Below are positions 38,990-49,337 of a stretch of DNA of 64,000 nt, in pieces. Origin of the DNA: a virus; IMG/VR virus record IMGVR_UViG_3300028571_000009, one strand, 5' to 3'. The position numbers were made by a program, and so were the translations under genes. Within the stretch, counting starts at the first letter, position 1, and each line of letters opens with the position of its first letter. The notes below the pieces were generated by a model. It did no database searches and was not told the origin of the DNA. It was given only the letters and a program-made list of their open reading frames with translations.

Positions 38990-41900
38990 ATGGCACTAAC
39001 CGAACTAAAATCTATACTGTCTAATTTTAGACGCCCGATGAACTCTAATCCTTTAGATAAAAAGGGAAAAGATAAAGTTGAGCCCGTTAAAACTTCGACA
39101 AAAGACGAAACTCTTTCAAGAACGTCTAATCTAGCGCCTATAAGCTCGAATAAGAGCGGTGGTGATTTAACTAAGACACATTTAAAGTCCTTTATAAAGA
39201 CTGTGAAATTGGGCGTGTTTGACGCTTTTTCAATGCCTAAGTTAAATTCCATAATTGCGGGCAATAAGAACGAATTCAGTAATATACAAATTACTAAAGA
39301 ACCAGCCGGAACGAACAATAATTCTAGTACTGTAGATATTACTAGAGCAAACAACGGGACTGATAATAATACAAGTCCAGTGTATGTTACTAACTCCGTA
39401 TTGGGTAAGAATAATAATTCAAGCGATGTAAAAACTGTTAGCGTTCTACAGGATAGATTATTATCTATTATGAATAGCGGTTTAGATGTTGATAATATTC
39501 CGGTGAAGTATGTAGTTTCAGGTAAATTACTGACTGATATATCGGATATCAATATTGATTATAATCCACCTAAATACATTAACACTCCGTCGATGCTACA
39601 TATTGGTAGCACCGGACCGGGTTCGAATGCAAGTATTTTAGATATAGACACCATCCCATTACAATATCAGGTTTCTGGGAAATTATTAACCGATATATCA
39701 ACATTAAATATTGATAGTATCCCATTACAATATCAAGTTTCGGGGAAATTATTAACCGATATATCAACATTAAATATTGATAGTATCCCATTACAATATC
39801 AAGTTTCGGGGAAATTATTAACGGATATATCAACTCTTAATATTGATAGCATTCCTACTCAATATCAAGTTTCTGGGAAATTATTAACGGATATATCAAC
39901 ATTAAATATTGATAGCATTCCTACTCAATATAAGAATATCGTTAATCTAGGACAATTTAACCCATTCAATACCGGGCAATCACAATTAGACATTAATTCG
40001 GTACCGAACAAGTACATTATATCCGGGAAATTATTAACTGATACTTCAGTACTTAATATTGATTCAATACCAACTCAATATCAAAATATAGTTGCATTGG
40101 GACAATTCAATCCTGATAAACCAGGTAACTCTATTTTAGATATAGATACAACACCAACAAAATACTCGTTACTAGTAGGCTCAGGTAGATTGAATAATGA
40201 TAATATTGCAGACATATCAAATCAAAGATGGTCAGGGTTAGTACCACCAGCAGTAAATTTTTTTAGACCCGACGTTCAACACGGTGCGAAAGGATTCACG
40301 ACATATTTTACCGATAAAAATAATACGCAGTTCGTAGGCGTCGACGGTCTTCAATATGGATATACTGATACAATTCAATTACCGTTAACAAATACTAAAT
40401 ACCCAGCTCAAGGTATTGCGGGCTTATCAACACAACTAGGTGCGGGTTCTATATTCAATTATATTAAGGATGGTGCTCCTGCAACGAAGCAATTTTCTAA
40501 AGGCTATAGCTCGACCAATACATACGGTTCAATAGTATTGGATGGTAGAACTGATGCAAAAAATAGCCCATTATATTTAAAGAGCACTGAAACAAATTCG
40601 CCGTCAGCACTAGATGAATTATATAGTAAGTATAATTTACAAGATGATAGCTACAATCCTTGGTACATACCGCAACCGTTTGTGTTACGTGGTATTCAAC
40701 GCAAAGGTAATAAGGGACTTCAGCGTTGGGGTGGAAGTGCATTAGCAGATGATGGACTAATTAGAGCCGGTATGGCTGCTTCTGTAGAAAGAAGTGCATT
40801 TGACGTTGCAAGACTATCACAATGGATAGCATCACCTAAAGGATTATTATGGGTAACTAAACAAGTAGGTTTAGGATTTTCTAATCCAAAGGTTGAACAC
40901 AAAACGCCGCTAATAGGACAAACCAGAATTCACACAGGAATAACAAGTTTATTATCAGTACCGACAACAGCATTTGGATTACACCTTACCAGACACGGAT
41001 TGCCGTTTCTAAATAGCATCGATAGTTATGAGAATGTATTATTACATAACAGATTATCTGATTTAAAGGAAAATTATTTCGGTAAGTATACTGCAGGGAA
41101 TGTTGTACGAACACCCGTCCCAACATTCCCTGGCGGTCCTAGTTTAATGTTATCAGGAATTGGCGGACCAAACTCAGCATACGGTCTAGGGTACACTCTA
41201 ATTAGAAGAGTATCAGTACCAAACTTAATGAATCGGGTGCAGGCGAGACTTGATGAAAAATACGGAGAAGAATCAATATTAGGTGGCGCACAAATATACA
41301 CGAATGTAGTGACAGGATATAATTCATACGCACTTAAATTATACTCTGGCACCGGTATTGCAATGAATGGTCCATTTGGTACACAAGGTAATGTTGCAAT
41401 CGATGCAACGCGAAAAGGCCAATTGTACGATGCAGGTAAAATGTCGTACAACCCAAACAAAAACACATCAGCGCCGAATCCATTTAAGCGCGAATCTGAT
41501 ATAGATAGAGGAACTCAAGGCGGTAATACTATTGAATCTGCTGACCGTGGTTCGGGCGATAATGCTATCAAGAATTATTCTACATTAATGTATTCTCAAT
41601 TGACGCGAAAGAAAACTCAGCGGTTTCAAGATTTCAGAGAGGATATAGATAATAAATTACGAAAAACCTTTAGTACAGACCCAGCAAAAACTCCTTTCAG
41701 TGAATATAATTTAGAAAAATTCGGTTGGGGCGACCAAGGTAAGGTTGGTGAAAACCGTGATGATTTTACTAAAGCTTCTAATCGAGGCGATAAAGTAAAT
41801 CAGGTCGATGCTAAGGTAGGTACAGCCAATAGGATTAAGTTAGACGAAGCGGGTAAGTTAGCAAAAGGTGATTACAGTGATATCCCCGGTGTTTCACCTA

Positions 41901-42505
41901 ACACGACAGACTTTATCGCATTTTATTTTGCCGGACCTAAACATCATAAAGATGGTGCTGGAGATGATATGATGGTATTCCGTGCTAATATACAAGGATT
42001 TTCTGATTCATTTGCACCTGAGTGGACGCCTGCTAAGATAATGGGTAGAGCTGACAGTGCATACATATATACTGGGTTTGACCGAAACATATCATTTACA
42101 TTTACAGTCGCTGCTACTAGTAGAGAGGAGATGAAACCGATGTGGAGAAAGCTTAACTATCTTGCCACATATACGATGCCTGATTATGGCGATAATAATA
42201 GAATGGTCGGACCGTTTATGCGAATTACATTAGGTAACTTATTTCAGAATACACCAGGCTTTATTGAATCATTAAGTGTCGCAATACCAGATGAAGCTAC
42301 ATGGGAGATTAACCAAGGTGATACTGATAAAGATATGCTACGGTTGCCGATGATGGCTGAAGTAAATATTACATTTAAAGTACTTGCAGATTATCGTCCG
42401 CAGAAGTTAGGAAGAGCATATTCACTTTCACCATTTGGCAAGGCGTCTAAAGATAAAACGGATAGTAATTGGTTGTATGATTCAACCAATGACATTAATA
42501 AATAA
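38990..42505 (+). CDS. Large baseplate / tube-initiator protein (C-terminal gp48/gp54-like) with internal repeats
   Basis: C-terminal FRANIQGFSDSF...MGRAD...YTGFDRNISFTF...PFMRITLGNLF; 22-aa repeats. Confidence 0.65.
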   Translation: MALTELKSILSNFRRPMNSNPLDKKGKDKVEPVKTSTKDETLSRTSNLAPISSNKSGGDLTKTHLKSFIKTVKLGVFDAFSMPKLNSIIAGNKNEFSNIQITKEPAGTNNNSSTVDITRANNGTDNNTSPVYVTNSVLGKNNNSSDVKTVSVLQDRLLSIMNSGLDVDNIPVKYVVSGKLLTDISDINIDYNPPKYINTPSMLHIGSTGPGSNASILDIDTIPLQYQVSGKLLTDISTLNIDSIPLQYQVSGKLLTDISTLNIDSIPLQYQVSGKLLTDISTLNIDSIPTQYQVSGKLLTDISTLNIDSIPTQYKNIVNLGQFNPFNTGQSQLDINSVPNKYIISGKLLTDTSVLNIDSIPTQYQNIVALGQFNPDKPGNSILDIDTTPTKYSLLVGSGRLNNDNIADISNQRWSGLVPPAVNFFRPDVQHGAKGFTTYFTDKNNTQFVGVDGLQYGYTDTIQLPLTNTKYPAQGIAGLSTQLGAGSIFNYIKDGAPATKQFSKGYSSTNTYGSIVLDGRTDAKNSPLYLKSTETNSPSALDELYSKYNLQDDSYNPWYIPQPFVLRGIQRKGNKGLQRWGGSALADDGLIRAGMAASVERSAFDVARLSQWIASPKGLLWVTKQVGLGFSNPKVEHKTPLIGQTRIHTGITSLLSVPTTAFGLHLTRHGLPFLNSIDSYENVLLHNRLSDLKENYFGKYTAGNVVRTPVPTFPGGPSLMLSGIGGPNSAYGLGYTLIRRVSVPNLMNRVQARLDEKYGEESILGGAQIYTNVVTGYNSYALKLYSGTGIAMNGPFGTQGNVAIDATRKGQLYDAGKMSYNPNKNTSAPNPFKRESDIDRGTQGGNTIESADRGSGDNAIKNYSTLMYSQLTRKKTQRFQDFREDIDNKLRKTFSTDPAKTPFSEYNLEKFGWGDQGKVGENRDDFTKASNRGDKVNQVDAKVGTANRIKLDEAGKLAKGDYSDIPGVSPNTTDFIAFYFAGPKHHKDGAGDDMMVFRANIQGFSDSFAPEWTPAKIMGRADSAYIYTGFDRNISFTFTVAATSREEMKPMWRKLNYLATYTMPDYGDNNRMVGPFMRITLGNLFQNTPGFIESLSVAIPDEATWEINQGDTDKDMLRLPMMAEVNITFKVLADYRPQKLGRAYSLSPFGKASKDKTDSNWLYDSTNDINK
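39638..39931 (+). repeat. 66-bp (22-aa) coding tandem repeat, about 4.5 units
   Basis: LNIDSIP(L/T)QYQVSGKLLTDIST units; degenerate copies flank at about 39480-39570 and 39985-40160. Confidence 0.9.
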
Positions 42506-42511
42506 TCAGTA

Positions 42512-42823
42512 ATGGAAAGATACGATATAGCAAAAGAATTAAAGTCAGATACCGGTAAACGGTACAATAGTACGACGTTACCACCAACCGTACAAAAGGA
42601 AGCTACTGATATTTACATCATTACTGTAATAGGTGATAGATTAGATTTAATTGCTTATGATTATTACGGTGACGCTACAAAGTGGTGGACTATTGCCGCG
42701 GCAAATCCTAACGCATTCAAATACAACGGGTCGTTAGCAGTTGAACCGGGACTACAATTACGTGTACCAATATCAGCAGCGACAACCGAAACACAGTACG
42801 CTACTCAGAACGCGAATCGATAG
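42512..42823 (+). CDS. LysM-type baseplate protein (gp53 / tail X-like)
   Basis: GDRLDLIAYDYYGDATKWWTIAAAN...PGLQLRVP. Confidence 0.85.
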   Translation: MERYDIAKELKSDTGKRYNSTTLPPTVQKEATDIYIITVIGDRLDLIAYDYYGDATKWWTIAAANPNAFKYNGSLAVEPGLQLRVPISAATTETQYATQNANR

Positions 42824-42846
42824 GTTTTTATATTTATTATCGCATT

Positions 42847-44772
42847 ATGACATATACTAATCTAAATAATCCGTTTTACAACGATATATCCGACTCAGTC
42901 AAGAAAGAACTGGATGCTCGGGCGTCGTTATATGGCACGCAGAACCGAGGTGGTACATCTGGGGATAAAGTACATGATTGGTTATACGGTAAAACGGCAT
43001 ATGTTAGAGTTAGATTCAATGATGGTAAGTCAGATAAAGTCGTATTAGAGCCGCCATTGGAAGGGTTTAAAACGATGTATGGTAAGGACCTATACCCTAA
43101 ACCATTAATTACGGCCGTTAACATTTCTAATGAAGGTGATTATTGCTCATTAATGAAAGCTGATATCCACTTTACTGTATTCACTCTAGCACAATTGGAG
43201 GAATTTTTAGGGACATTATTATTTGTTCAAGGACAAAAGGACGGTAAGCAACCGGTATCTATAGATTATGGATGGACGATAGGCGGTCACGATGGCCGGG
43301 ATGGTATGGAAGAAACATTGACCGGGTCAGTATATAATTTTGATTGGACTCTCCGCGCCGATGGCGGGTTTGACTGTGTAAGTAAAGTAATTGCCGCCGG
43401 ATTTTTTAGCATTAATACGAACTCCGATGCTACGTCACCACTGACCACTAAAACCACGGCAGGTGATATCGAAACAAAAGCATATAGTTGGATAGATACT
43501 ATATCGATACTTCCTTTTGGTGGGAAGTATGTTTTAGCTGGTTTTGAAAAATTTGTACTTCCAGGTAAACGTGCAGGTATTGCATTAATAGAGCGCCCCA
43601 TACGAGACAAAAGCAAACCAGAAGATGCCCAAAATGCACCATCCGGTAACTATGTAACACTAGAGTGGATATGTATGGCGGTATCTAAAACCATCACCTT
43701 GAACTCGGAAAATTATCGTAGAGACGATGCATATCCGTTATTTATAGCTGATAAAGAAAGTACGTTAGGCTGGACGTACAACCAAATTTACATCATTACC
43801 TCAGCTGACCCGAAGAATATACTATTACCCGGAGTGTCAGAATATAACGGAGTAGATTTAACGGAGAAAGTAGAAAAAGATATCACCGTGCTAATTAATA
43901 ACTCATCAGGTACACATGATTTAAGTAAAATATTAATAAGTGTGACATTTCTACAGTCGGTCTTAGAGTCACAACGTTCTACATTATCAATGCGTATGAA
44001 TGGTAAGGGCGTTGATAAATCAGTAATAACATTTTTCAATACAATATTTGAGAAAATATCATTTGCTACTGGAGGTATATACAATTTAGCTTTATGCGCA
44101 CCATCAGTACCGGACGACAAATCTGCAGATTATAAACATAGCCAAGATACATGGATTGTATATGATACCGGATATATTCCAGGACTGAATTCTAAGAAGG
44201 AACCGCTTAATGGCGATAAGGTGTACACCATACCTGTTATATCTGCAAAGCCGAATACTAGTAACGGTATATGCCGGACCGTTGCAATACAATCCAATTT
44301 ACCCGGAGCAATGGCTACGGCACAGTATATATCAGCAGCTGCCACGTTAACTGGGTTGCGAAATGTATCGATAGGAAATGTTGTTTCAACAACCCGGGAA
44401 GATTATGATTTTAATGCCGCTCTTGATGCCGCGAAGGAGTCGATAATTAAGCTCAAAAAAGCACTCGGAGCAAACGGGTTCATTCAAGATGATGTAGATA
44501 AACTGGCTGCTGCCCTACGTGAATATAAGATGTTACTAATGAACTCAAAAGACCCTGGTACCGCTAAATGTTTTACCGGCGCACCAATACCAGTAACTCT
44601 ATCGATAACGATGGACGGGATAAAAGGATTTAGAGCCGGCAATGTATTTACGATTAGCTATTTACCAAAAGCATACAAAGATATCGTATTCACAGTTACA
44701 AAAATACAGCATACAATACAGAATAATGATTGGACTACCACATTAACGACCGTATGTAGATTAAAGGTATAA
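42847..44772 (+). CDS. Baseplate hub protein (gp27 / gpD-like)
   Basis: GSVYNFDWT...GGFDC; C-terminal LSITMDGIKGF...GNVF...VTKIQHTI...WTTTL. Confidence 0.65.
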   Translation: MTYTNLNNPFYNDISDSVKKELDARASLYGTQNRGGTSGDKVHDWLYGKTAYVRVRFNDGKSDKVVLEPPLEGFKTMYGKDLYPKPLITAVNISNEGDYCSLMKADIHFTVFTLAQLEEFLGTLLFVQGQKDGKQPVSIDYGWTIGGHDGRDGMEETLTGSVYNFDWTLRADGGFDCVSKVIAAGFFSINTNSDATSPLTTKTTAGDIETKAYSWIDTISILPFGGKYVLAGFEKFVLPGKRAGIALIERPIRDKSKPEDAQNAPSGNYVTLEWICMAVSKTITLNSENYRRDDAYPLFIADKESTLGWTYNQIYIITSADPKNILLPGVSEYNGVDLTEKVEKDITVLINNSSGTHDLSKILISVTFLQSVLESQRSTLSMRMNGKGVDKSVITFFNTIFEKISFATGGIYNLALCAPSVPDDKSADYKHSQDTWIVYDTGYIPGLNSKKEPLNGDKVYTIPVISAKPNTSNGICRTVAIQSNLPGAMATAQYISAAATLTGLRNVSIGNVVSTTREDYDFNAALDAAKESIIKLKKALGANGFIQDDVDKLAAALREYKMLLMNSKDPGTAKCFTGAPIPVTLSITMDGIKGFRAGNVFTISYLPKAYKDIVFTVTKIQHTIQNNDWTTTLTTVCRLKV

Positions 44773-44773
44773 C

Positions 44774-45421
44774 ATGAGCCGGAATAAAATATATTACCCA
44801 GAAAACCAAATCGTTCGAAACTTGTATTCGACAAACAAGCAATGGATGCTAGAAGATGGTACTGAATATATTGGTGCATATCATCGGTATTCTTCCGGAG
44901 AAGTATATACGGAACCGACATGGAATGAATTTCAATCAAAGAAATTGATACCGTATCATATAGTAGCGAGTGCACCGGAAAATCTAGTATATAAGAAAAT
45001 TACAAAAACTGATGTAACCACATTTTCAGCACCGATAGATTACTATCCAATATTAAAAGAATCTGATTACGTGAATGGTAGTGTTACCAGATATTTTCTT
45101 CAGCGTAATAACCTTGCTAATGCTCTATATTCAATCATAGAAGTCAATAAAGAGCAATTCGGTAAATTGGTTATATCCGGTAAAGGAATTAATAACAGCT
45201 TATATAATGGTATCTCTATACCCTGGAAATTAACCGGCCCAAAGAATGACGTGGTTGTCGGTGGTACGAGAATAACCCCAGGCGTTGAAGATACAAACAG
45301 ACGTATTGTAGAAATCAATAGTACGAATGTACCGGGTCTAGATAAATTCCTAACGGACTATATAGAATTATCAGTATACTCATTAGTAACACCTGCCGAA
45401 ATCAAAATTAAATTCTTGTAG
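44774..45421 (+). CDS. Conserved hypothetical protein at the end of the tail cluster
   Basis: 215 aa, EYIGAYH, DYVNGSVTRYF. Confidence 0.55.
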   Translation: MSRNKIYYPENQIVRNLYSTNKQWMLEDGTEYIGAYHRYSSGEVYTEPTWNEFQSKKLIPYHIVASAPENLVYKKITKTDVTTFSAPIDYYPILKESDYVNGSVTRYFLQRNNLANALYSIIEVNKEQFGKLVISGKGINNSLYNGISIPWKLTGPKNDVVVGGTRITPGVEDTNRRIVEINSTNVPGLDKFLTDYIELSVYSLVTPAEIKIKFL

Positions 45422-45445
45422 TTCCATTTTATTTTCTTATATTTA
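45415..45445 (+). promoter_or_regulatory. Bacteroidota-type promoter of the DNA polymerase gene
   Basis: CTTG-N19-TATATTTA. Confidence 0.55.
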
Positions 45446-45457
45446 CATTGTAATATT

Positions 45458-46807
45458 ATGAAAATTATCGAAACCCAACAAGATTATGACACGCTTCTAT
45501 CCGAATGCTCGACATACGATTGGTTGATAGTTCCAATATATTCTAATGGAAATTATCCGGTGCATCTAGAAACACTATCATTATTATATGTATACGTGTT
45601 TTTAAAGGATGAAGAGTATATGGTTTCGTTTAATCATACCGAATCTTTAAATATAAGTGCAGATAACATATCGAAGCTACCTACTCTTAATAGATTATAC
45701 GTCTCTAATAAAAAGCGCTTCTTTGCATTTAATAAGAGCGATAATATTATTGATATTGATTTAGCTAAATACTTTGAAACGAATAGTCCATTTGAAGAAG
45801 ATTATGATACTAGTGCCCATGAATGGTTTGTGCGCAATTTTAAGAACTTTAAGAATCTTAATACAATCATTCCCATATTAAAGCATTATGAGCGGTGCAA
45901 TAATATTAGAAATGCATTCTTAGAATATTATACACCGGATATGCAGGAAACGGACGCATTTAAAAAGTATAACGATTTTTTCATTCGAAATTTTTATGAA
46001 ATAGAGAAAAACGGGCTTTATGCTAACCGTGATATATTTACAAAGTATTTCCCAGAAAATCAAATTCATGACGGGTATGCATTTACTGAATACAATATCT
46101 ATACATCGACAGGCCGACCGAGTAATAGGTATGGCGGTATCAATTACGCTGCACTAAATAAAGAGAGTGGGTGTCGACAATCATTTACCAGTAGATTCGG
46201 TAAAGATGGATTTTTAATTAACTTTGACTTTGACGCATATCACATTAGATTATTAGCAAATCTAGTTAACTATGAATTCGACGAAAATGAGTCAGTTCAC
46301 GAACACCTGGGTTGTACATATTTTAACACAACGAAATTAACTCCGGAAGAATACGAGCAATCTAAAAAGATAAGCTTTAAGTTATTGTACGGCGGTATCC
46401 CAAAAGAATATCTACATATTGAATTTTTCAAGCGAGTTCATGAACTAACTAATTTATTATGGAAATCATACAACGATAACAATTATATAGAAACACCGCT
46501 ATTTAATAGAAAGCTGTACAAGAATTTCTTTACGGATATGAACGCGTCAAAATTACTGAACTACTTACTGCAGAGTTTTGAGACCGAACGGAATTGTATG
46601 ATTCTAGACAACTTAAACAAGAATCTAGGTAAATCTAAAATAGTATTATACACTTATGATAGTTTGTTAATTGATTTTAATAAAGCCGATGGCGCGGAAA
46701 TGTTGCAATATATTAAGAATGAAATGGTCTCAGGTAAGTTTCCAGTAAAAATTCAAATCGGACCGGATTATCAAACATTACATACTATAGATTCGAAGAA
46801 AGTATGA
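45458..46807 (+). CDS. polA: Compact family A DNA polymerase
   Basis: TSTGRPS, FDFDAYHIRL (motif A), SKKISFKLLYGG (motif B), YLLQSFE, YTYDSLL (motif C). Confidence 0.85.
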   Translation: MKIIETQQDYDTLLSECSTYDWLIVPIYSNGNYPVHLETLSLLYVYVFLKDEEYMVSFNHTESLNISADNISKLPTLNRLYVSNKKRFFAFNKSDNIIDIDLAKYFETNSPFEEDYDTSAHEWFVRNFKNFKNLNTIIPILKHYERCNNIRNAFLEYYTPDMQETDAFKKYNDFFIRNFYEIEKNGLYANRDIFTKYFPENQIHDGYAFTEYNIYTSTGRPSNRYGGINYAALNKESGCRQSFTSRFGKDGFLINFDFDAYHIRLLANLVNYEFDENESVHEHLGCTYFNTTKLTPEEYEQSKKISFKLLYGGIPKEYLHIEFFKRVHELTNLLWKSYNDNNYIETPLFNRKLYKNFFTDMNASKLLNYLLQSFETERNCMILDNLNKNLGKSKIVLYTYDSLLIDFNKADGAEMLQYIKNEMVSGKFPVKIQIGPDYQTLHTIDSKKV

Positions 46808-46840
46808 CATATTTATATATGTTATTAATAATCGAACGAT

Positions 46841-47224
46841 TTGTATCAACTTTTAGCAGTCTTTACACCGGAATTAAGTTTACAGGATTATATCCAGAAA
46901 ATAACAACAACATATTCTATCTGCTTCAATAAAATTTTTGTATTATCTATAATAGGTAAGGACGAACTATTATGTACATTTAATATAGAGAGATTAAGTA
47001 CAAATGAAATGCTTCCGGGGGCTATATTATTGCATAGAAAAAAGGAAACGAATACATTATATACTATTAATTCATTGAATACTATCATTAAGAAAGAAAA
47101 TAACGGTATTCTAGATACAAAGCGTCAAATTAATTGGGACATGTATAGAAATAGCTTAATACTGACTAATAATAATGATATTAAGATACTACCAACCAAG
47201 ATATTTAAAATAATAGAATTATGA
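46841..47224 (+). CDS. Conserved hypothetical protein (TTG start)
   Basis: ILLHRKKETNTLYTINSLN; in-frame TAA at 46829 limits the start. Confidence 0.6.
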   Translation: MYQLLAVFTPELSLQDYIQKITTTYSICFNKIFVLSIIGKDELLCTFNIERLSTNEMLPGAILLHRKKETNTLYTINSLNTIIKKENNGILDTKRQINWDMYRNSLILTNNNDIKILPTKIFKIIEL

Positions 47225-47568
47225 AACGATTCCCGACAACCTTTAAGATGAAAAGAAGTGACCCTTCTGAGTTAGCTACGGTTGTGGCAACTGAAATACA
47301 GAACTACTTCAATATTCAGTTTGCTAAATTCAAACCAAATTGGTCTTCTGGATTCGATGAATTTGGATTAAAATTTGACGCGGACTATTCCAGTTATTAT
47401 CAACAAGATGATAACTATTATTCCTACGGCGAACTGAGTTACGATGAATCAAAATACTCTACAAAAGATATTCGTGAAGTAGTTAAAACTATTAACAGTA
47501 ATATCAAACATATGCACGAGTCTTCAAGGTCTGCACTAAAACTTAAAAATATTCTTTCCGGAAAATAA
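47221..47568 (+). CDS. Hypothetical protein
   Basis: 115 aa, ATGA overlap. Confidence 0.5.
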   Translation: MKRFPTTFKMKRSDPSELATVVATEIQNYFNIQFAKFKPNWSSGFDEFGLKFDADYSSYYQQDDNYYSYGELSYDESKYSTKDIREVVKTINSNIKHMHESSRSALKLKNILSGK

Positions 47569-47637
47569 CGTTTAGAAGTTATTTTTTGATATTTATTTAA
47601 GACGAAATATTACGTTAAAATTTATTACCCCAGATAA

Positions 47638-47669
47638 TTTGGAAGTATAAAAATTAACCCATATATTTA
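47638..47669 (+). promoter_or_regulatory. Bacteroidota-type promoter of the SSB/recombinase operon
   Basis: TTTG-N20-TATATTTA. Confidence 0.65.
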
Positions 47670-47751
47670 GTTAAATTAGTTATAAAACCTAGGACATACT
47701 CTAGAACTACTAATTGAAAATTATTAATTAACCAATAAAAATTGAACCAAC

Positions 47752-48540
47752 ATGGCCATCGATTTAGCTGCAATCAAAAACAAATTGCAAACTCTCCAAA
47801 CCAAAACTTCTAAACAACAGAACCTTTGGACTCCAGCACCGGGAACACAACAGGTGAGAATTGTACCTTATATTCATAACCGCGAAAATCCGTTTTTGGA
47901 ATTACATTTCCATTACAACTTTTCGGGGAAGAATATACTTTCACCAATCACATTCGGAAAACCTGACCCGATTGTAGAATTCGCTGACAAGCTGAAGTCT
48001 ACCGGTAATAAGGAAGAATGGAAGATGGGAAAATCATTAGAACCTAAAATGCGTTGCTATGTACCAGTATTGGTGCGTGGTAAAGAATCAGAAGGCGTTA
48101 AGTTCTGGGGTTTCGGTAAAACAGTTTACCAAGAACTTTTAGGATTTATTACTGACCCTGATTACGGTGATATTAGTGACCCAACTTCGGGCCGTGATAT
48201 TACTGTCGAATTCAAGACAAAAGAACAAACCGGTAAGGATTTCCCGGAGACTACTATTAGAGTAAAACCTAATGTAACTCCGATGACTGATAGCAAGGAT
48301 GTATTAGAGTCGATTAAGAATCAACCTAAAATCACTGAACTATTTAAGGAATGGTCTTACGATGAAATCAATAAAGTGTTAGACACTTGGTTGAATCCTG
48401 AACCAGGTAAAGAAGGTGAAGCTTCTACCGCAGATACTACTGCTGCAACGAATAAACAGCAATTTAAAGCCGAAACTACTTCCACTGAAAAGGTAGAAGA
48501 TGTGACCGCAGCGTTTGCAAGTTTATTTGATAAAAAGTAA
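47752..48540 (+). CDS. ssDNA-binding protein (T4 gp32-like)
   Basis: VRIVPY...PFLELHFHY, GKPDPI, VKFWGFGK, GRDITVE; acidic C-terminus ending FASLFDKK. Confidence 0.85.
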   Translation: MAIDLAAIKNKLQTLQTKTSKQQNLWTPAPGTQQVRIVPYIHNRENPFLELHFHYNFSGKNILSPITFGKPDPIVEFADKLKSTGNKEEWKMGKSLEPKMRCYVPVLVRGKESEGVKFWGFGKTVYQELLGFITDPDYGDISDPTSGRDITVEFKTKEQTGKDFPETTIRVKPNVTPMTDSKDVLESIKNQPKITELFKEWSYDEINKVLDTWLNPEPGKEGEASTADTTAATNKQQFKAETTSTEKVEDVTAAFASLFDKK

Positions 48541-48553
48541 AAACATTTAACAT

Positions 48554-49303
48554 ATGGCCACGAAAGTAGCAAAAAACAAAGCCGAGTTACAGGATGTATT
48601 AGCCGTAACTATGGCAGATAACCTTAATAAAAAATTTAAGGCAAGTGCGCTTCAAGTAGCTTATTTCCTAGACGGAGACGGTGCCGAATCCCCGAGTGAA
48701 ATCAGGGGTTGGGTATCGACAGGATGTACCACATTGGACCTCGCCATTAGTAATAGACCTAATGGCGGGCTTCCTTTCGGACGGATTGTTGAGATTACTG
48801 GATTAGAAGCATCAGGAAAATCATTATTAGCAGCACACGTATTAGCAAACACCCAGAAGATGGGTGGACTAGGAGTGTTCATTGATACTGAGAACGCATC
48901 ATCAACAGAATTCTTATCAGCCATCGGAGCGAATCTAAAGGAAATGCTTTATGTACCGTTAGAGACTGTTGAAGAGATATTCGAAGCTATTGAAAACATT
49001 ATTGAATCGGTGCGTAAGTCGTCAAAAGACCGTCCGGTAACAATTGTAGTAGATTCAGTAGCAGGTGCAAGTACCAAGGTAGAAATGGCCGCTGAATGGG
49101 ATAAGGATGGTTATAATACAACCAAAGCAATTATCTTATCTAAAGCAATGCGTAAGATTACTAACTTAATTGGACGCGAAAAGATTCTGGTAATTTTTAC
49201 CAATCAATTGCGTTCAAGAATGAATGCACCAGCATTTTCTGACCCATGGTGTGTTGACCCGATATCTACTAAGATAACTATTCGGTATAAAGCACAAGTG
49301 TGA
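48554..49303 (+). CDS. uvsX: UvsX/RecA recombinase N-extein plus 17-aa IntN of a split intein
   Basis: GLEASGKS Walker A, IVVDSV, FTNQLR; ends FSDPW|CVDPISTKITIRYKAQV* (IntN starts at 49250). Confidence 0.9.
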   Translation: MATKVAKNKAELQDVLAVTMADNLNKKFKASALQVAYFLDGDGAESPSEIRGWVSTGCTTLDLAISNRPNGGLPFGRIVEITGLEASGKSLLAAHVLANTQKMGGLGVFIDTENASSTEFLSAIGANLKEMLYVPLETVEEIFEAIENIIESVRKSSKDRPVTIVVDSVAGASTKVEMAAEWDKDGYNTTKAIILSKAMRKITNLIGREKILVIFTNQLRSRMNAPAFSDPWCVDPISTKITIRYKAQV

Positions 49304-49337
49304 TGTTTTGACTCCACCGGCTAATATTTATTAGTAT

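Noticed and set aside
39638-39931. CRISPR array
   Set aside because: The units are contiguous, in-frame 66-bp coding repeats with no unique spacers.
430-42845. Antisense T4-type late promoters (TATAAATA on the minus strand)
   Set aside because: The motif sits consistently just upstream of + strand starts and there are no minus-strand genes, so sense-strand function is more parsimonious.
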